Positions 40,884 through 54,094 of a DNA stretch of 64,000 nt are shown in pieces. The DNA is from Hydrolagus affinis (taxonomy: Eukaryota). The stretch lies in the NCBI GenBank assembly GCA_012026655.1, contig JAAILG010000071.1, forward strand, positions 1 through 64,000, given 5' to 3'. Every line of letters begins with the position of its first letter. Within the stretch, counting starts at the first letter, position 1. The notes below the pieces were generated by a model. The model searched no databases, was not told the DNA's origin, and saw nothing but the letters and a program-made list of their open reading frames with translations. The position numbers and the translations under genes are program-made.

Positions 40884-41204
40884 ATAATAAATAATAATCT
40901 TTGCATTTGATATTAGTGCTTTTCACGTCTTATCGACGTCTCAAAGCACTTCACAGAATATACTGTAAAGTGAATTGACTGTATAATTTGTGGGTGAAAT
41001 GCGGCAGCCAATTGAGCACAGCAGTGTCCCACAAACAGTCGTGGATTGAAATGACCAATTTTTATTATTGTTTTTTTTACGGATTGTTATTAGACATGTG
41101 GAGTAAGGAAACTTGCCCAAGGTTTCGTCCTGATCTGCCTGGATTCGAACACAGGTCTCACGCTTGTAAGGCGAGTGCTCTAACCACTGAGCTACAGGAG
41201 CTCC
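40884..41204 (-). mobile_element. Full-length tRNA-headed Deu-domain SINE
   Basis: Minus strand ggagctcctgtagctcagtggttagagcactcgccttacaagcgtgagacctgtgttcgaatccagg, followed by the core and tail. Confidence 0.92.
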
Positions 41205-42627
41205 ACAAGGAGCTCCTGTTTTTATGGAGAAGACGCACATTATGTTCATTATGTACCTCTTTCTGCAGGAGACACACATTATGTTCTGAAACATTTTCCC
41301 AATGTGACATTCTACAGGTAGTTACACCATTTTCCTGTTCAAAGGCATTTTCAATCCGAATAGCCAGTCAATAGAGCAAACTATCCTACCAGGAAATATC
41401 AAGAAAGTTTAAGAGGATACCTTTCTTGAAATTCACCATATCATAGGATGGTGGGTCACATTCTCATATAAACAAACAGATACTGTTTAAAGGTTTGTTA
41501 AAGGTTTTTATATAATCTCCCAAGTCTTGGACTTCACTAAATACAAAGATCTTATTCACTTAAGTGCATCTTGTTCTTGGATAAAGAGGTCGTCTTGTCT
41601 GCTACCCTGATCAAGATTCAAGGCATGAATTTCAGCAAAGGGCAAACTCCGGTCCAGGAGATTAATTGACTTGAGATCATGTTTCCTAGACCTGAGGATA
41701 GCTAAGATTAGCAACTTGGTATTTTAGTTCCAGTTATTTTATCTTCTTCTCCAGCCACGCTGGAATCCAACTTGCCCACTTTGATAATTAAAGTACTTGA
41801 CATGAGCGAGAATTATTCTGTGGACAAGCATCAAGTCAATCTGAAACTGCTGCAACTGGCGTATTATTAAACCTTGGGAAGTCTGCTATCTGTCTGCACA
41901 TCAGCTTGTTAAATTTAGTGGTAGGGACTCACAACATTGTCATTTTGGATGCAGGTAACTCTTTGAATCCAAGCAAAGCTCCAGGCATGTTCTTGTATGA
42001 TCAAAACATAAAAAGTGCAAGGACAATAGCAAGAAAAATCTGCTGTTCTAAAGGTTAAAGAATCCCGCTCTTATTGAGCCTCTTTTCTCCTCCTTTATTT
42101 GTTCCTTTTTATTATCACCATAAGAAACATTTCTTCACCCATTCCAAATTGTCTGTTTACTCCTCTGCTACTCTTTGGATTTGACATTCAGAGCAGGAGC
42201 CATCCATGAACTAGTCTTGCACATTGTTCCAAGCTTCATTTAGAATGTAAGCGTATTACCTAGTAGCCAAACCCGCTACTGGTTTCCTATAGATGAAGAT
42301 TTAACTGGGGTTAGGGCCATAAACAATGAAAATTGCAATATTCTGCAACGTACACTGCAAAACTGTGACAGTTCTCAATAGACAGGGTTCAGACGAGTTT
42401 TCTTTTCAGAATCATGGGTGAGTATTCAAAGGTCACTGCATTCTCTCAGACTACAAACTTCTGGATGACTTTAACATTTACCCTTGAACCTGATCCTTGG
42501 CCATCATATTGGGTCAGTTACATCTCTTCAGTAGAACATTTAAAAGCAAATCTAATTACAGTCATATGTAGATGCAGTTATTATCAGATACAAAGAGCAA
42601 CACTCAGTGTCTGCAGGTATGTTAGTT

Positions 42628-42727
42628 NNNNNNNNNNNNNNNNNNNNNNNNNNNNNNNNNNNNNNNNNNNNNNNNNNNNNNNNNNNNNNNNNNNNNNNNN
42701 NNNNNNNNNNNNNNNNNNNNNNNNNNN
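42628..42727. other. Assembly gap (100 N) next to a poly-C run
   Basis: Seen directly. The true length is unknown, so this intron's size is uncertain. Confidence 0.99.
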
Positions 42728-44687
42728 TTCCCCCCCCCCCCCCATTTGGCATCCAACCCTTCGATCCAACCCCTTGTGTTTGTGCAAATCTTGAGTTTAT
42801 TTTTGTTGTTGCTTTATACCCCGAAGAACAGAGCATTCAACCTTTCCTCAAACCTAACTCAATTAAGAACTGTACTTGAGCAATTTTCTCTTTAATTTCC
42901 TGCATTCCTCTAATAGTCCGGTATTTATAGAGCTTATAATGTCCTGATATTTTAAGTTAAGCTTTTTTTTGTAATGTTTACAAATTGCTAATCAGTACCA
43001 CTTTTCCAAGTTATATCTTACATTCTAAATAGAGTATAGTACCATCTAAAACAAAAGATCAGGCAACGCACAAACTAAGGGAAGCCAAACTTAATGCTGT
43101 AGTCGAAAACAGTGTGAATTGAGTTATGGGTCAGTGAAATAGAGAGTTCTGATTATCATGCTGTTCTTTCTCCAGGCTCAATGGAAAGGCAGAATTTAAA
43201 ATTTCATTGTGAACCCATCAAACAGGGCATTCACAACTGCTGATGGTATTTGCGAGTCAGAATAAATTCAGCTCTTTGATTCTGCAGACAAATTTTAGAA
43301 ACTCATAAATAGCTACTATTAACATCCAAAGGGTCATTTATTTGTATCAACCCTCCAATTCTCATATCACAAAATAAAAACATCTAGAGAAAGGGCAAGC
43401 CAATGCTCCTCTTCAAATTATTAATTTCCTTCTATAACCTGACCAGTTCAAAGAGGCAGTGCTTCTAAAACATCAACAAATATGTTTTTTGTATCTTCAG
43501 GTAAGCTTATGGTGTTGCAATTACTTTTCCAATTTTATGCATCATCAAACTTCCTTGTTATAGGTAACTGTCCTGCCCCAACCATTTTCCTATCCATTGT
43601 GTCTCTTCAATTCTCCATCATAAAAATTCAGCCATCTTTTCCTTGCATTTTTTTTTCATTATTAATATTGTTTTCCACCGGCTTCACAAAAGAACTTCCT
43701 CATGGTTCATTATTTGTTCTACTTTTACATCAGTTTTTTGCCTTATCTAAAGAGCCACAATTTAACTGATTTGCTAATCTCTTCTTTGAACAGCCAATAA
43801 CTTTTCAAGAGAGGTCACTATGAAGAGTTTTAAACTTGACATAATAAAGTTCGCTAAAACTGCCACTGTTCTGTCCCTGTCACATCTATTGTCTTATTGC
43901 AGGTTGACCCCATTGGAACTTGAGCTGGTTGAGTCTGGGTTCACTTATACCACAGGTCTGCTGTGGACTTGAGGTACAGACTGAGCTTCCAGCACTGATT
44001 GGTCAGTTTTCCTTCTGAAACATTACTGACCTCGGGGCCATCAGGTCATGGTGAAGCGACATTAGGCAACATACATATCATGCAGTAATTTAAGTCACGG
44101 GTGACGTGATGACCTGGAAGTGGGACTGGCAGCTATTTTTTCCCCCAGAGTTGCTATAATTTGGTGTCTATTTTTTTGTAACATTGGTTTATAAACATGC
44201 TGCCCTCTACCACAGGAGAGTTCCCTAACTTTGTAACCAATAAACCACAGTCTGGAAACAAATCTTATCCTTCAAAACCAAATCTTATCCTTCATAAATT
44301 GCTCCGGAATATAAATGCGATTGCCACGCTGAACATATTTAAACATTAGTGTTCTCTCTCAGTGACTCAGTGAGTAAATGAGTGTTGCACCATTGAATTC
44401 AAAAGATTAGGCTGCATCTGTATTCAAATCCAGGTCTAAGCAGGTTCTAACTTCAAACCATTAGGCTATTTTTGATCAGTTGTGCCCAGGAGCCTGTTTA
44501 CTCCATATGCAAATAAAATAATGCACAAAATAAAATCTGAGTTTGGTACCTTTTGCTACTTTCATTCTTTGTATCACTGTCTCTCACTGAAGCTGAATGG
44601 CAACTCTAGATATTCCAATTTTAATATTCAGTACATACACATGGAGTGTAAATAAACTTTGTTGTCCATAAAGAATCAGTTAGTTAC

Positions 44688-44869
44688 CTGGTAAAATCAG
44701 TCATCTCCATCATGATCATACACATTTTCTTTGCGAGTACAATGATATCATTGCTGGTATCGTCCCATATTTCAATTTCTGCATCAAGTTTGCTCTTTAC
44801 TTTCTTGAAATCAGCCACTTGCTCAGCAATCTTGGCCTTTTCTTCTTCTGGCAGCTCAGTCATCTTAGC
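44688..44869 (-). CDS. CTNNA3: Alpha-T-catenin coding exon (start of actin-binding domain, human exon 15 equivalent)
   Basis: atatttcag|GCT AAG ATG...TTT ACC AG|gtaac, 182 nt. Encodes AKMTELPEEEKAKIAEQVADFKKVKSKLDAEIEIWDDTSNDIIVLAKKMCMIMMEMTDFT(R). Not in the ORF track. Confidence 0.96.
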
Positions 44870-45324
44870 CTGAAATATATCAGGAAGGAAAAAGGATCAT
44901 AGAGGGAGAGATATACTAAATTTGAGAATAATTCCAGAATAAATTACTGCATCTGTAAAGAAAATTGTCATGACTTATCATTGTTCCTTAATTTTCATCT
45001 ACTTTCAATCTCTCATTCTCATCCCATCAGTTACCCACTCTCAACCATTCAGCCAATCTCTTTAATGATTTATCAGATGCCTCACGTAAAGGTATATGAA
45101 GCATCATCACATTGACAGGAAGAAGACAATGATTTTTGGTTAAACATAATCTTATAAATGGTTAAAGTCAGTGACAACACACAACAGGAACTAAAATGAA
45201 ATCACAAACCACTCTCAGTTTCATCAGTGTCTCATTATCCAGACTATTCCCAATAACATGGTTATACGACTACATAAGCTTGGTGAGATTGTGATGCCTA
45301 TCAATTCAAAATTTCTCCATACCT

Positions 45325-45545
45325 CTAAAACAGAAGTAGGCCCATTCAGCCCATCGAGCCTGTTCCGCCATTCTATTAGACCATGGCTGTTCTGTACCTC
45401 AAGTCAATTTAGCTGCTTTTGCTCCATATTCCTTGATACCCATACCTAACAAATCTCTATCAATCTCAGTCTTGAAAATTTCCAGGGTCCACTGCTTTTG
45501 GAGGGAGAGAGTTCCAGATTTCCATGACCATTTGTTTAAGGAACT
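45325..45545 (-). mobile_element. CR1 LINE 3' tail fragment
   Basis: cagaagtaggcccattcagcccatcgagcctgttccgccatt...caatctcagtcttgaa resembles the reverse complement of 39890-40040. Confidence 0.78.
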
Positions 45546-46025
45546 TATCCGATGAGAAGCTTGATTTTAGAAGGAGATTAATGGTATAGGAACTTAAAAT
45601 CCTGCCATCAGTCGCCTGTTTGTAGATCAATATTTCCTATGCTGAAAAGTATCCTTTTAAACTCTTGCCTTTAGAATAATTACAATTCAATGTAATTTAA
45701 TTTCTTTACTGGTCACTTACTCAACCAATGCAAAGCTTGTTTTATATAAGTGAAACATACTTGTCACAGACATTTGCTTTGCAGCTATTTAGTATTCTGA
45801 TAGTACTGTTGCTTGATTTGGATGTTTTGTAAGTTAAATTCTATCTTATTTCTTCAGTTTATAAATGCCTTCTCTGCGTGTCAATAACTGCTGTTCAAAA
45901 AGAATATGGGAGGGTGACATGTGTTCTTGCAAAATCTAGTGCACAAAATAAATGAGGGAATTGTTAATCCCTGAGGCGAGTTTTCCAAAAGAGCTGATGG
46001 ACCCAAGCACAATTTACAAGATCAC

Positions 46026-46410
46026 AGCAACAACAAAATTACATTTGTATAGTGCCTTTCACATCGAGAGGACGTCCCAAGGTACTAGACAGACAGTATT
46101 TCTGACCCGAAGCAGGGGGTAGGGATTGGGAAGGGTGGAGGGTCGGGGGGAAGGAGGTTGACCAAAGCATAGTCAAAGAGGAGTGCCTTGAAATGGACCT
46201 TGAAGGAGGCAAGGGATGAAGCGAGGTGGAGGAACGCGGGATGGAATTCGAGACAGAGTGAATGATGGGGGCAGAGTGGCTGAAGGCATGCCAATGGTGG
46301 GCCGGGCGAGGAGGGGGAAGTGAAGCAAGCCGGAGCCCGCCGAGCAGAGGGAGCAGACAGGTTGGTAAGGGGTTAGAGGGTCGCAGAGGTGGTGGGGAAC
46401 GAGGCAAAAG
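46026..46410 (-). mobile_element. L2 LINE 3' fragment
   Basis: (CAA)n aaattacatttgtatagtgcctttcacatcgagaggacgtcccaagg tail; AFSHSAP and FKVHFKALLF remnants. Confidence 0.85.
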
Positions 46411-46895
46411 TGAATGCACTTGCAGGATTGTTCTGAGAGATGACAGAATTGACATAATTTGAAGCAAGTTCTTTGATTGATAAGTTAATTAAATGCAAAG
46501 CATTGCTGACATTATAAGCATGCACCAAAGAACAAATCCTTGTTTTTATGATTTCAAGATGAGCTCATCTTCTTTAGACCGATGATTCAAGCAACATCTC
46601 ACATTTATATTTTGTGATAAATTTAAGATACTTCTGTGCAATCCTAGATTCAATATTTCCTTCTTTAGAAATATGTAATCCTTGTTTATAGATAAGATGT
46701 AACATTCATTTGCTCTTTTCAATATAGGGCACGTGAATAATAATATTATAATATAACTTATTTTTAACAAATAAATGAATGATACCTGAATCTAAAATAA
46801 GTGTTTCTATTAATTGCACTGTAATATTCATTCATTCACTTTAATATACCATATCACTTTGTCTTTCCACATTAACATCTATCATCATTTCATAC

Positions 46896-46988
46896 CCTGT
46901 CAGTTTTTCCTTCTGTTTGAACACTGGTGCGACTGCGGATGTCATGGTCTTCCTCAAAATCAGACACATCTTCAAGTTCTTCAGGTGT
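46896..46988 (-). CDS. CTNNA3: Alpha-T-catenin coding exon (phospho-linker, human exon 14 equivalent)
   Basis: tctctcccag|ACA CCT GAA...ACT GAC AGG|gtatg, 93 nt, phase 0-0. Encodes TPEELEDVSDFEEDHDIRSRTSVQTEGKTDR; the short TEGKTDR ending is alpha-T type. Not in the ORF track. Confidence 0.96.
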
Positions 46989-47547
46989 CTGGGAGAGAAA
47001 AAAAGTAAACGGAAATGTTATTAAAAAATGAAAGCAGAAACGGATGAGAACTGAATTCTCAATGCATTTGAAAGTTTAGCCATTGAACCTATGACCATGT
47101 TTCATGTTTCATAATAGTATTAAATCCCAAATCTCAAGGTACCAGTGTAACCTATTACTGTATTTGATTAGTTTAGCATTGAGCTTTAAGCTACTCTTCA
47201 AAGTTTTACTATATGGTATTATATGATTAATCTTCTCCAATTTGCATATCCCAATGTAAGACAAATGGAAAATCGTGTATGTTTTATAAAGTACACTTCC
47301 AGTAAAGATTGGGGTCAATAAGTGCTGAATAAGACATAATGCTATACAATATTGTATCTTCATCCTATTATGTCTCTTAATTCATATGTGATGGTACAGA
47401 CAGGGAACCCTGAAATGCACATTATTATAGTCTTGTACGTTTACAAAGTTGAAACCTTTTGAGTACTATGAATTTTGAAATTTCACCACAAGGATGCAAT
47501 AGAGTAACTGAGAACTTTCCAGAAAGCGACAAAATGTGTGTCTTGAG

Positions 47548-47845
47548 AATAATGATAATAAGCCTTGCATTTGATATAGCGCTTTTCACGTCTTGTACTC
47601 CTTCATGGAATATACTATAAAGTGAATTGACTATATATATGTGGGCGAAATGCGGCAGCCAATGGCGCACAGCAGTGTCCCACAAACCATTGTCGATTGA
47701 AATGACCAATTTTTTTTTTTTTTTGAGGGATTATTATTAGGTGTGTGAAGTAAGAAAACTTGCCCAAGGTTTCACCCTGCCTGGAATTGAACCTAGGACT
47801 GGTTTCACCCAGTCGAGTGCTCTAACTCCTGAGCTTGAGGACTCC
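47548..47845 (-). mobile_element. tRNA-headed Deu-domain SINE with a diverged head
   Basis: Tail, core and gaaaccttgggcaagttt segment match the other copies. Confidence 0.87.
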
Positions 47846-48681
47846 AAATGAAGCTGTTAAACAACATTCATGGTGTCACATGTAAACTATCAAATTCTCA
47901 GAAAGACAGATTTATATTTACCTGAATTTATTGTCTCTTAAACATTAAGATTTTAAAAAAAAGTTTTGATGTTTTCCACAGTACATCTAGTTAATGTTGA
48001 CACTATTGAATATACTACTTAGCCATGTTTACTGTGGAAAGACAACCATCTCCGCAGGATAAAGATACTGGAGACCCAGCTGTGGATTTCTCAAGCAACT
48101 AACCATGTGCAAATAATACTTCTCCCACCAGGACTAGCATTCGTAATCTCAATAAAATCCTGGAAAAAAAAAAGGCTATTAAGTCTACTAAACTTGCCCT
48201 TTTCACAATCCACTTGAGGCTATACACACTGAATTCTGCCTCCTCCCCTCTCATTTTATATTCCTCTTATATGCTCACTTTTTGGAAACTTACACAAAGA
48301 AGAGAAACTTGCAGCATCTCTTTCACTTATTCATACACACACAAACATCAGTGAAAAGCAACGCATAGGGCAAACGCCCATAAATCACCTTCAAAATCAA
48401 TAAACTTCTTCATTAACCTTACCAACATTGATTGGACTAGTCAAAGTCATCAACTAACATAGAGGAAAGCTTTAACAAAAAGCTAACAGAAAGAAAACTA
48501 AAACACACACTGACAACTACACAAGAGGTTTACATTTCTGATCGATTGTAACTACTTTTAGCTCATATAATCTTTGCATCATCTTGTCACTTCTCAACAT
48601 GCGTTACTGGCATCACACAAGTAGAATATATACTACATACATTAAATCATTAGAAACAACTGCACAAAATCAAGGTGCCAG

Positions 48682-48814
48682 AAGAGTTCTGACGAAAGGT
48701 CGTTGACCTGAAACATAAACTCACTTTCCCCTCTCCATAGATGCTGCCTGACCTGCTGAGTGTTCCCAGCAATTTCTGTTTTTATTTCAGATTTCCAACA
48801 TCTGCAGTATTTTG
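48682..48814 (+). mobile_element. Penelope-type repeat with a minimal hammerhead fold
   Basis: GAGTT-CTGACGA-a-AGGTC-gtt-GACCT-GAAA-cata-AACTC; stems I and II each have 5 perfect pairs. Body gatgctgcctgacctgctgag...tctgcagtattttg follows. Confidence 0.82.
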
Positions 48815-48914
48815 CCAGTGGAGTATTCGATTTGTGTTCCCACAGCATTGAGAGAACCCTGTTCAGAGTTGTAAACGGTAAGTGGATGTCAAAGATCTCA
48901 TGGCATGAGGTGAA

Positions 48915-49340
48915 CTCAGTTCTCAGCATGAGGCAGTTTTCTCCAATGTCCTGGCCAGCAATCCCCAAAACAAAATTGGACAGTCACTTGATTGCTGTTT
49001 TGAGATGTTGCTGTGTCTAAATTGGCTGCATTCAATGCCAATAAATCCTGTGACTCACTTTGAGATGCCCTCCCGATGTGAAAGGCACAAAATCAAACGC
49101 AACGATTATCATAAACATCATCCATTCTGTCTGTAACTATCGCTTCTTGTTCTCCTTGATCTTTATTGCCTTTGGCACTGTTGACCACTCCATTCTTCTC
49201 CATCTAAACTCTCTTTAAATCTTTCATTTTGGCTGTGACCAAGATTGTTTTCTTTAATCCTGACAACATCAGTTGGCTTCTTAACTACTTCAACTAAAGC
49301 AGCCGAAACCCTCACCCACACTGTTGTCACATTCAGACTT
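48915..49340 (+). mobile_element. Old Deu-SINE 3' fragment followed by a decayed L2 fragment
   Basis: tgtcctggccagca...ttgctgtgtctaaattggctgc...gatgtgaaaggc, then actgttgaccactccattcttctc and gccgaaaccctcacccac (L2 ORF2 remnants). Confidence 0.55.
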
Positions 49341-50004
49341 TGTCCTTGTCCCTGAACTGTGTTGTGCTGACTCCAGGGATAACCAAAGAATAAGTGTGGG
49401 AACACCCAGAAAGAGCAGAAGCAAAATAAGAGTATCAATGAACATAAGCTATTTTTGTACAATTCTTACTGGGTTACTGGGTAACACTGGTAAAAATTTG
49501 AGAATGAGTAACTTATCCGCTGTCTCGATTGTGGATTGTACAAAGCATGAGCGCATCTCAAAGAGAAAAATACAAAATATAAGCTACACTTTTATGCCAC
49601 CATAATAAAATCGATTGGCAGTTAGACACAGGTCATCTAGCTCTCTCTGAATTCATCCATTAGCTTATTACAGATGGTCAATAAAAGTAAATGACTGAAC
49701 TGGTAGATCTGGTTACATTTCACTAATTTTATTTAGGTTTTAGAATTTGGTTTTGAAACATAAATGTAAACCATGACTACCACAATTGTTGTAACAGAAT
49801 GACATTACTTGATCAGGAATTCATCACAAAATTGATGAGAATGTTTTGAACACGAAGCAGAAACTTAGCTGAGACCTGAACTGTGTTTGCAGGGGACTAG
49901 TTATCACTGTAAATCTATTTCCCACTCTGAAGACAAATACAGGTTATGCCACACCTCGATGTGTAAAATAGCTGTAATCTTGATACAAAACTGTAAATCT
50001 AGCA

Positions 50005-50170
50005 CAAACAACAACAACAACAAAATTACTCTTGTATAGCACCTTTCACATCAGGAGGACGTCCCAAGGCGCTGGACAGTCACTGTATCAGACCCGAACT
50101 GAGGACGGAGTAGGGGAGGGAAGGGGGGGATTAGGAGTTGCTGATGGACCATTGAAGAGGAAAATTTTGA
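50005..50170 (-). mobile_element. L2 LINE 3' tail fragment (one of many; others near 1280, 3010, 4000, 9580, 16020, 16840, 21640, 28705, 35990, 36095, 39135)
   Basis: Shared motif (CAA)n aaattac..ttgtatagc.cctttcacatc.ggaggacgtcccaagg. Confidence 0.82.
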
Positions 50171-53100
50171 GGCAAACAGGTAAAGATGTATCAAATAGTT
50201 ACTTTGATTACCTCTTGCTCATTGGGCTATACTATGTATGATATTACATGCTGCAACATTCCTGATGAATTAAAAGCTGCTTATTTGGTTATGGTGCAGT
50301 CAACTAAATATTGAATCAAATAAATAATAATAACTTGCAAAACATACCAAATAACACTTAAGAGATATAACTTGATATAATATTTCTAACATTTTTAATT
50401 TTGTCATATTTGTCTTTCATCTATTCAATTGGTGTCTTTTGCATGTTTGGGTTTAATCACAAAGTGCTTCATCCATCATTTTGGATGATTAGGACAGCAG
50501 CTCACACTGTATGAGTCTTTTGATCAGTATGACTCGGTCACAGTGGATTTGTGCAAATGACCCATCTATCATCTATTTTCATTGTAAGCTTTATTCTAAT
50601 TTGAACAAGATGTTTTGTGGCTTCATTATAGTGTAAAATTCAGATAGCCATTTGTGTCCTGAAACATATGAGTCAGAAAACTCAACAAACGAAACAAACA
50701 AATTCACCATAACTTATTTGTTATTCCAACTGTATCTGTTATTGTATACCCATTAGAACTGTATTGAGATTGTTCACTAAAATTCTTTAGTTTTGTTATC
50801 TACTTTTTGCATATCTCCAGCACAGACTTAATGGGCCAAATGGCCTCCTTTTGTGCTGAAAAATTCTATGATTCTACTTTAATAATTACATTGGACAAGT
50901 GCATAAAGGCTTCAGAATCCATTCTACAGTATTTAGTCTTATGGATCCCCACCACATGGTTTTAGTCTCAACTCTTTCTGCTCTGCTGATGAAATATCCC
51001 ACCAAGGTACAATCTCACTACTAAAACTGCTAATGAGTTCATTCATCAAGTGACAACAGTTTAATCTCTAAAAAGCCACAACTAAGATTAACTTAATCAC
51101 TTGTACAACTATATCAGACCTTGATAGCTGCAGAAGTAGCTCTTGTGACAGTTTTCAACTAATAGACTAATGCATTTTCTTAATGCATGCCAAGTCCTAG
51201 GAAACTAGTTAGGAAATAAACTATTTTAAACTTTGGAACCAAAATTAGCAAAAGAATACAGAAATAGTAGGGAGGACCTTACTAAATAGTTGGGAATGAG
51301 AACAGTAAAGACAAAATAATAATTCGTAAAGCTACTGCTGACAGGTAATAGCTGCATATTTTTTATTCTAAAGTCACACCTGGAAGAATTACAGTAAACT
51401 ATACTGATGCAAAAGCAGGCATGCTAGTACTCAACCAGCATCTGCTGGCAAAAAAAAATGATTTTGACACAATTCAAACTTTAGAATCATAGTCATAAAT
51501 AATCCTATTTGCATTTAAACATACTCTAGTTTTCAGTTTGCAATGGAGCTTGTAATAGAATAGTTCTCAATGGTGTCATATGATACACCTTTCAACAATG
51601 ATACATGAAATACTTGAACACGCTGGAACAGGGCATTTAATTTGGTGCTTTTGACATGATCACAACAAAACACTCTATTGAATTCTCAATAGCTTTGCAA
51701 ACAATATAATGCGAGCAGATTTTTCAAAACAGTGAAAATATCTCTGAAATCCTGCAGAATGATCAGATGAACTCCAAGTTGTTACAACTACAACACATCT
51801 GTCGTAGTTGCAGTCTTTACATTGCCTTTTCACACCTCAGTGCCCTTTGCTTTCAATTTTCCATCTATTGCAAATAAAATCTAAAATGTTGTCAATGCTA
51901 CTAATCTTTAGCTTCAGAAAATTAATGGAGGGAAATGAACGTAATGGAGAAAAAAAAGGTTAGAATTGAGGCAAGGATTATCAATGGAACAACATCAAAA
52001 CTGCTGCAGTATGTCCATAATGTTATGCCCGATCTGATCTAAAATGAAATAAATTCTATGCCAATGTGATAATTTTACTGAAGTAAAGATGAAACAACTG
52101 AGGAAAAATATTATTTTGATATCTCATATTGCCGTCAGAACTTTCATATCACATCCCACATGCATCTGATGGATCCAAGATGAAAACCTACCAAGGTGAG
52201 GCATATACAGACCAGGATAAAGAAAAACTCAATGTGATCGAACAACTTACGTGCTGTTACTGCTGGACTGGAAGAGAAGCTGATAATGCAGTTTGAGAAA
52301 GGGAGCAATGTTTGAACAATGGAGATTTTGAATTTCTGTTTGAATAACATGAGAATCCAGCAAATTTATGGCAGACATCTCTACAGGAATGGGTTGGGCG
52401 ATGTGGCTTTTGTTTTGTCTGAGGAACAAACAGGCTTAATGGATCGAAGGTGGATCTCGTACTTCTTACCATAGATAAATGCAGCAGCATAACTACAGGT
52501 ACTTTGAATTCATCTCTGTGACAGAACAATAGATGGCTTCTGATGGTAATACGGATTTGAAAGTAACCACTGTCAAGCCCTGCTGTAGTTAGTGTTCTGA
52601 GGAATGGTATTATTGTGCATAGCTTTGTTCAAGATATTCTGTTGTATACATCAAACAGGCAGTTCCGCATATTTAGGGAGTGAGTTCATCCCAACAGCAA
52701 AAAAAAACACATTTATTGTATCCAATTCATCTTAAAGACCTAAAATTGTCAGAAAAAACAATATATATTCGAGCAGAAAAACAACGCAGCCATAAGAAAA
52801 TTTCAAAAATAATACAGCATTACAAGAAAAGAAGAACTCTTCATTTTGGATAAAATGTTACTTGTGACAAACAAGATATATAGTCATTGCTTTCAGCATA
52901 GTGCCCTGTAAATGTTCATATCCACTTGAGCTGTATTTTAGAAATGGTATAATCATTTTTTGACTTTAGAAAAAGAAGAGTAAAAACATTGTAACTTACT
53001 TTACTTATGGTTATTTCTCAGCTGCTGTCTCATCATATAAAACAAATAGAATAGTAGAAACTCATCTTTTCCATCAACATCTTTGATGAACGGACATCTT

Positions 53101-54094
53101 TGATGAACAGAACGGCTGCTTCTTGATCAGCAGTATTAATGACATGCAATCTTGCAACTACATCTAATATGTAAATTACACTTCATAATTACCAGAGAGT
53201 ATGTATTTTTTTTTAACACCTGGCACATTTCCAGAACTGCATACAATTTGATAGCAAAATAATTCTGCTCCAAATTGAATGGCAAGGTCCATTACCATTT
53301 TCCCCAAAAGTATCTTTCAGCAATCCTAAGGCTGTCTACTGAGAGTACCCATCAATAGTGTAAGAATGCTCTGCCAAATGCTAATTGGTCCAGTCATACC
53401 AAAATCCATCATGAACAACGTATAATTGTGAACATGATCAATCAAAGTCTGATTGTACAAAATGTACCAAGTGTGCATTTACTTCAGCATTTGTTTTCCA
53501 TTTACCCGAAGACCAAAAGTACCTGAAAAAACCCATTATTTCTTTAAGCATTATTGGACATTGTAATAGACTTTTTGGTCACCGTGTATTTACATTATCA
53601 AAGCTATCACAATTTCTCTTCCAGGTCTACAAGTTTGCATTATTGTATTTATAGTTCTAAAATAGGTATTGGGGTTAACAAGGAAAAGTGTTCCTAAACC
53701 ACATTAAAGCAATATTTATTCAAATGCAGTATACTCCTGCAGAAAAACATACTGGCTTAACTAGATACTAGCACTTAAGTACCTGTCAACATCTTGGCTG
53801 CTTTCCATGCCAAATGTTAATAAGAGAATCTGCTTTACTTGTCACTCTGCTTAACACATAGTTAGTCACATTCTAAATTTTTTTGTGAAATTGACTAGAA
53901 ACTAGTCTTCTAAAATAGTCTCCTTGCAGTACAGAGGCCTCCTGCCCTATCTTGTTACTGGTGCCAGTGCATAGCACAGGTTTTGTGCACCTGCATTACA
54001 TAGGCCCCTGGTCCATTGAAAGGACTCCTGCATCATTCACATTGTATCCTTGGACATGATAAGGTCATTTTTGTTAAAATCATTTCGATAACAG

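Larger units (their letters stand above)
40080..44130 (-). mobile_element. Heavily decayed L1/Tx1-clade LINE (ORF1 and ORF2 remnants), interrupted by a SINE and the gap
   Basis: Collinear degenerate motifs on the minus strand: RKFDDA*NWKSNCNTISLPED (about 43520, ORF1-like); IAIFIVYGPN (about 42330) and YILNEAWNNVQD*FMD (about 42230), endonuclease-like; IENAFEQE.W.NYL (about 41335) and HKLV*CI*DII (about 40815), RT-like; INKPK*FVPRL (about 40285); GGL (about 40125). Boundaries are approximate. Confidence 0.6.

Noticed and set aside
41135-41204. tRNA-like sequence with A/B boxes and a TAC anticodon-like loop (also at 19232, 23804 and 59400)
   Set aside because: There is no acceptor-stem closure and the sequence runs straight into SINE body and tail. 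These are SINE heads, not tRNA genes.
42414-42879. ORFs spanning the N run
   Set aside because: Artefacts of translating through an assembly gap.
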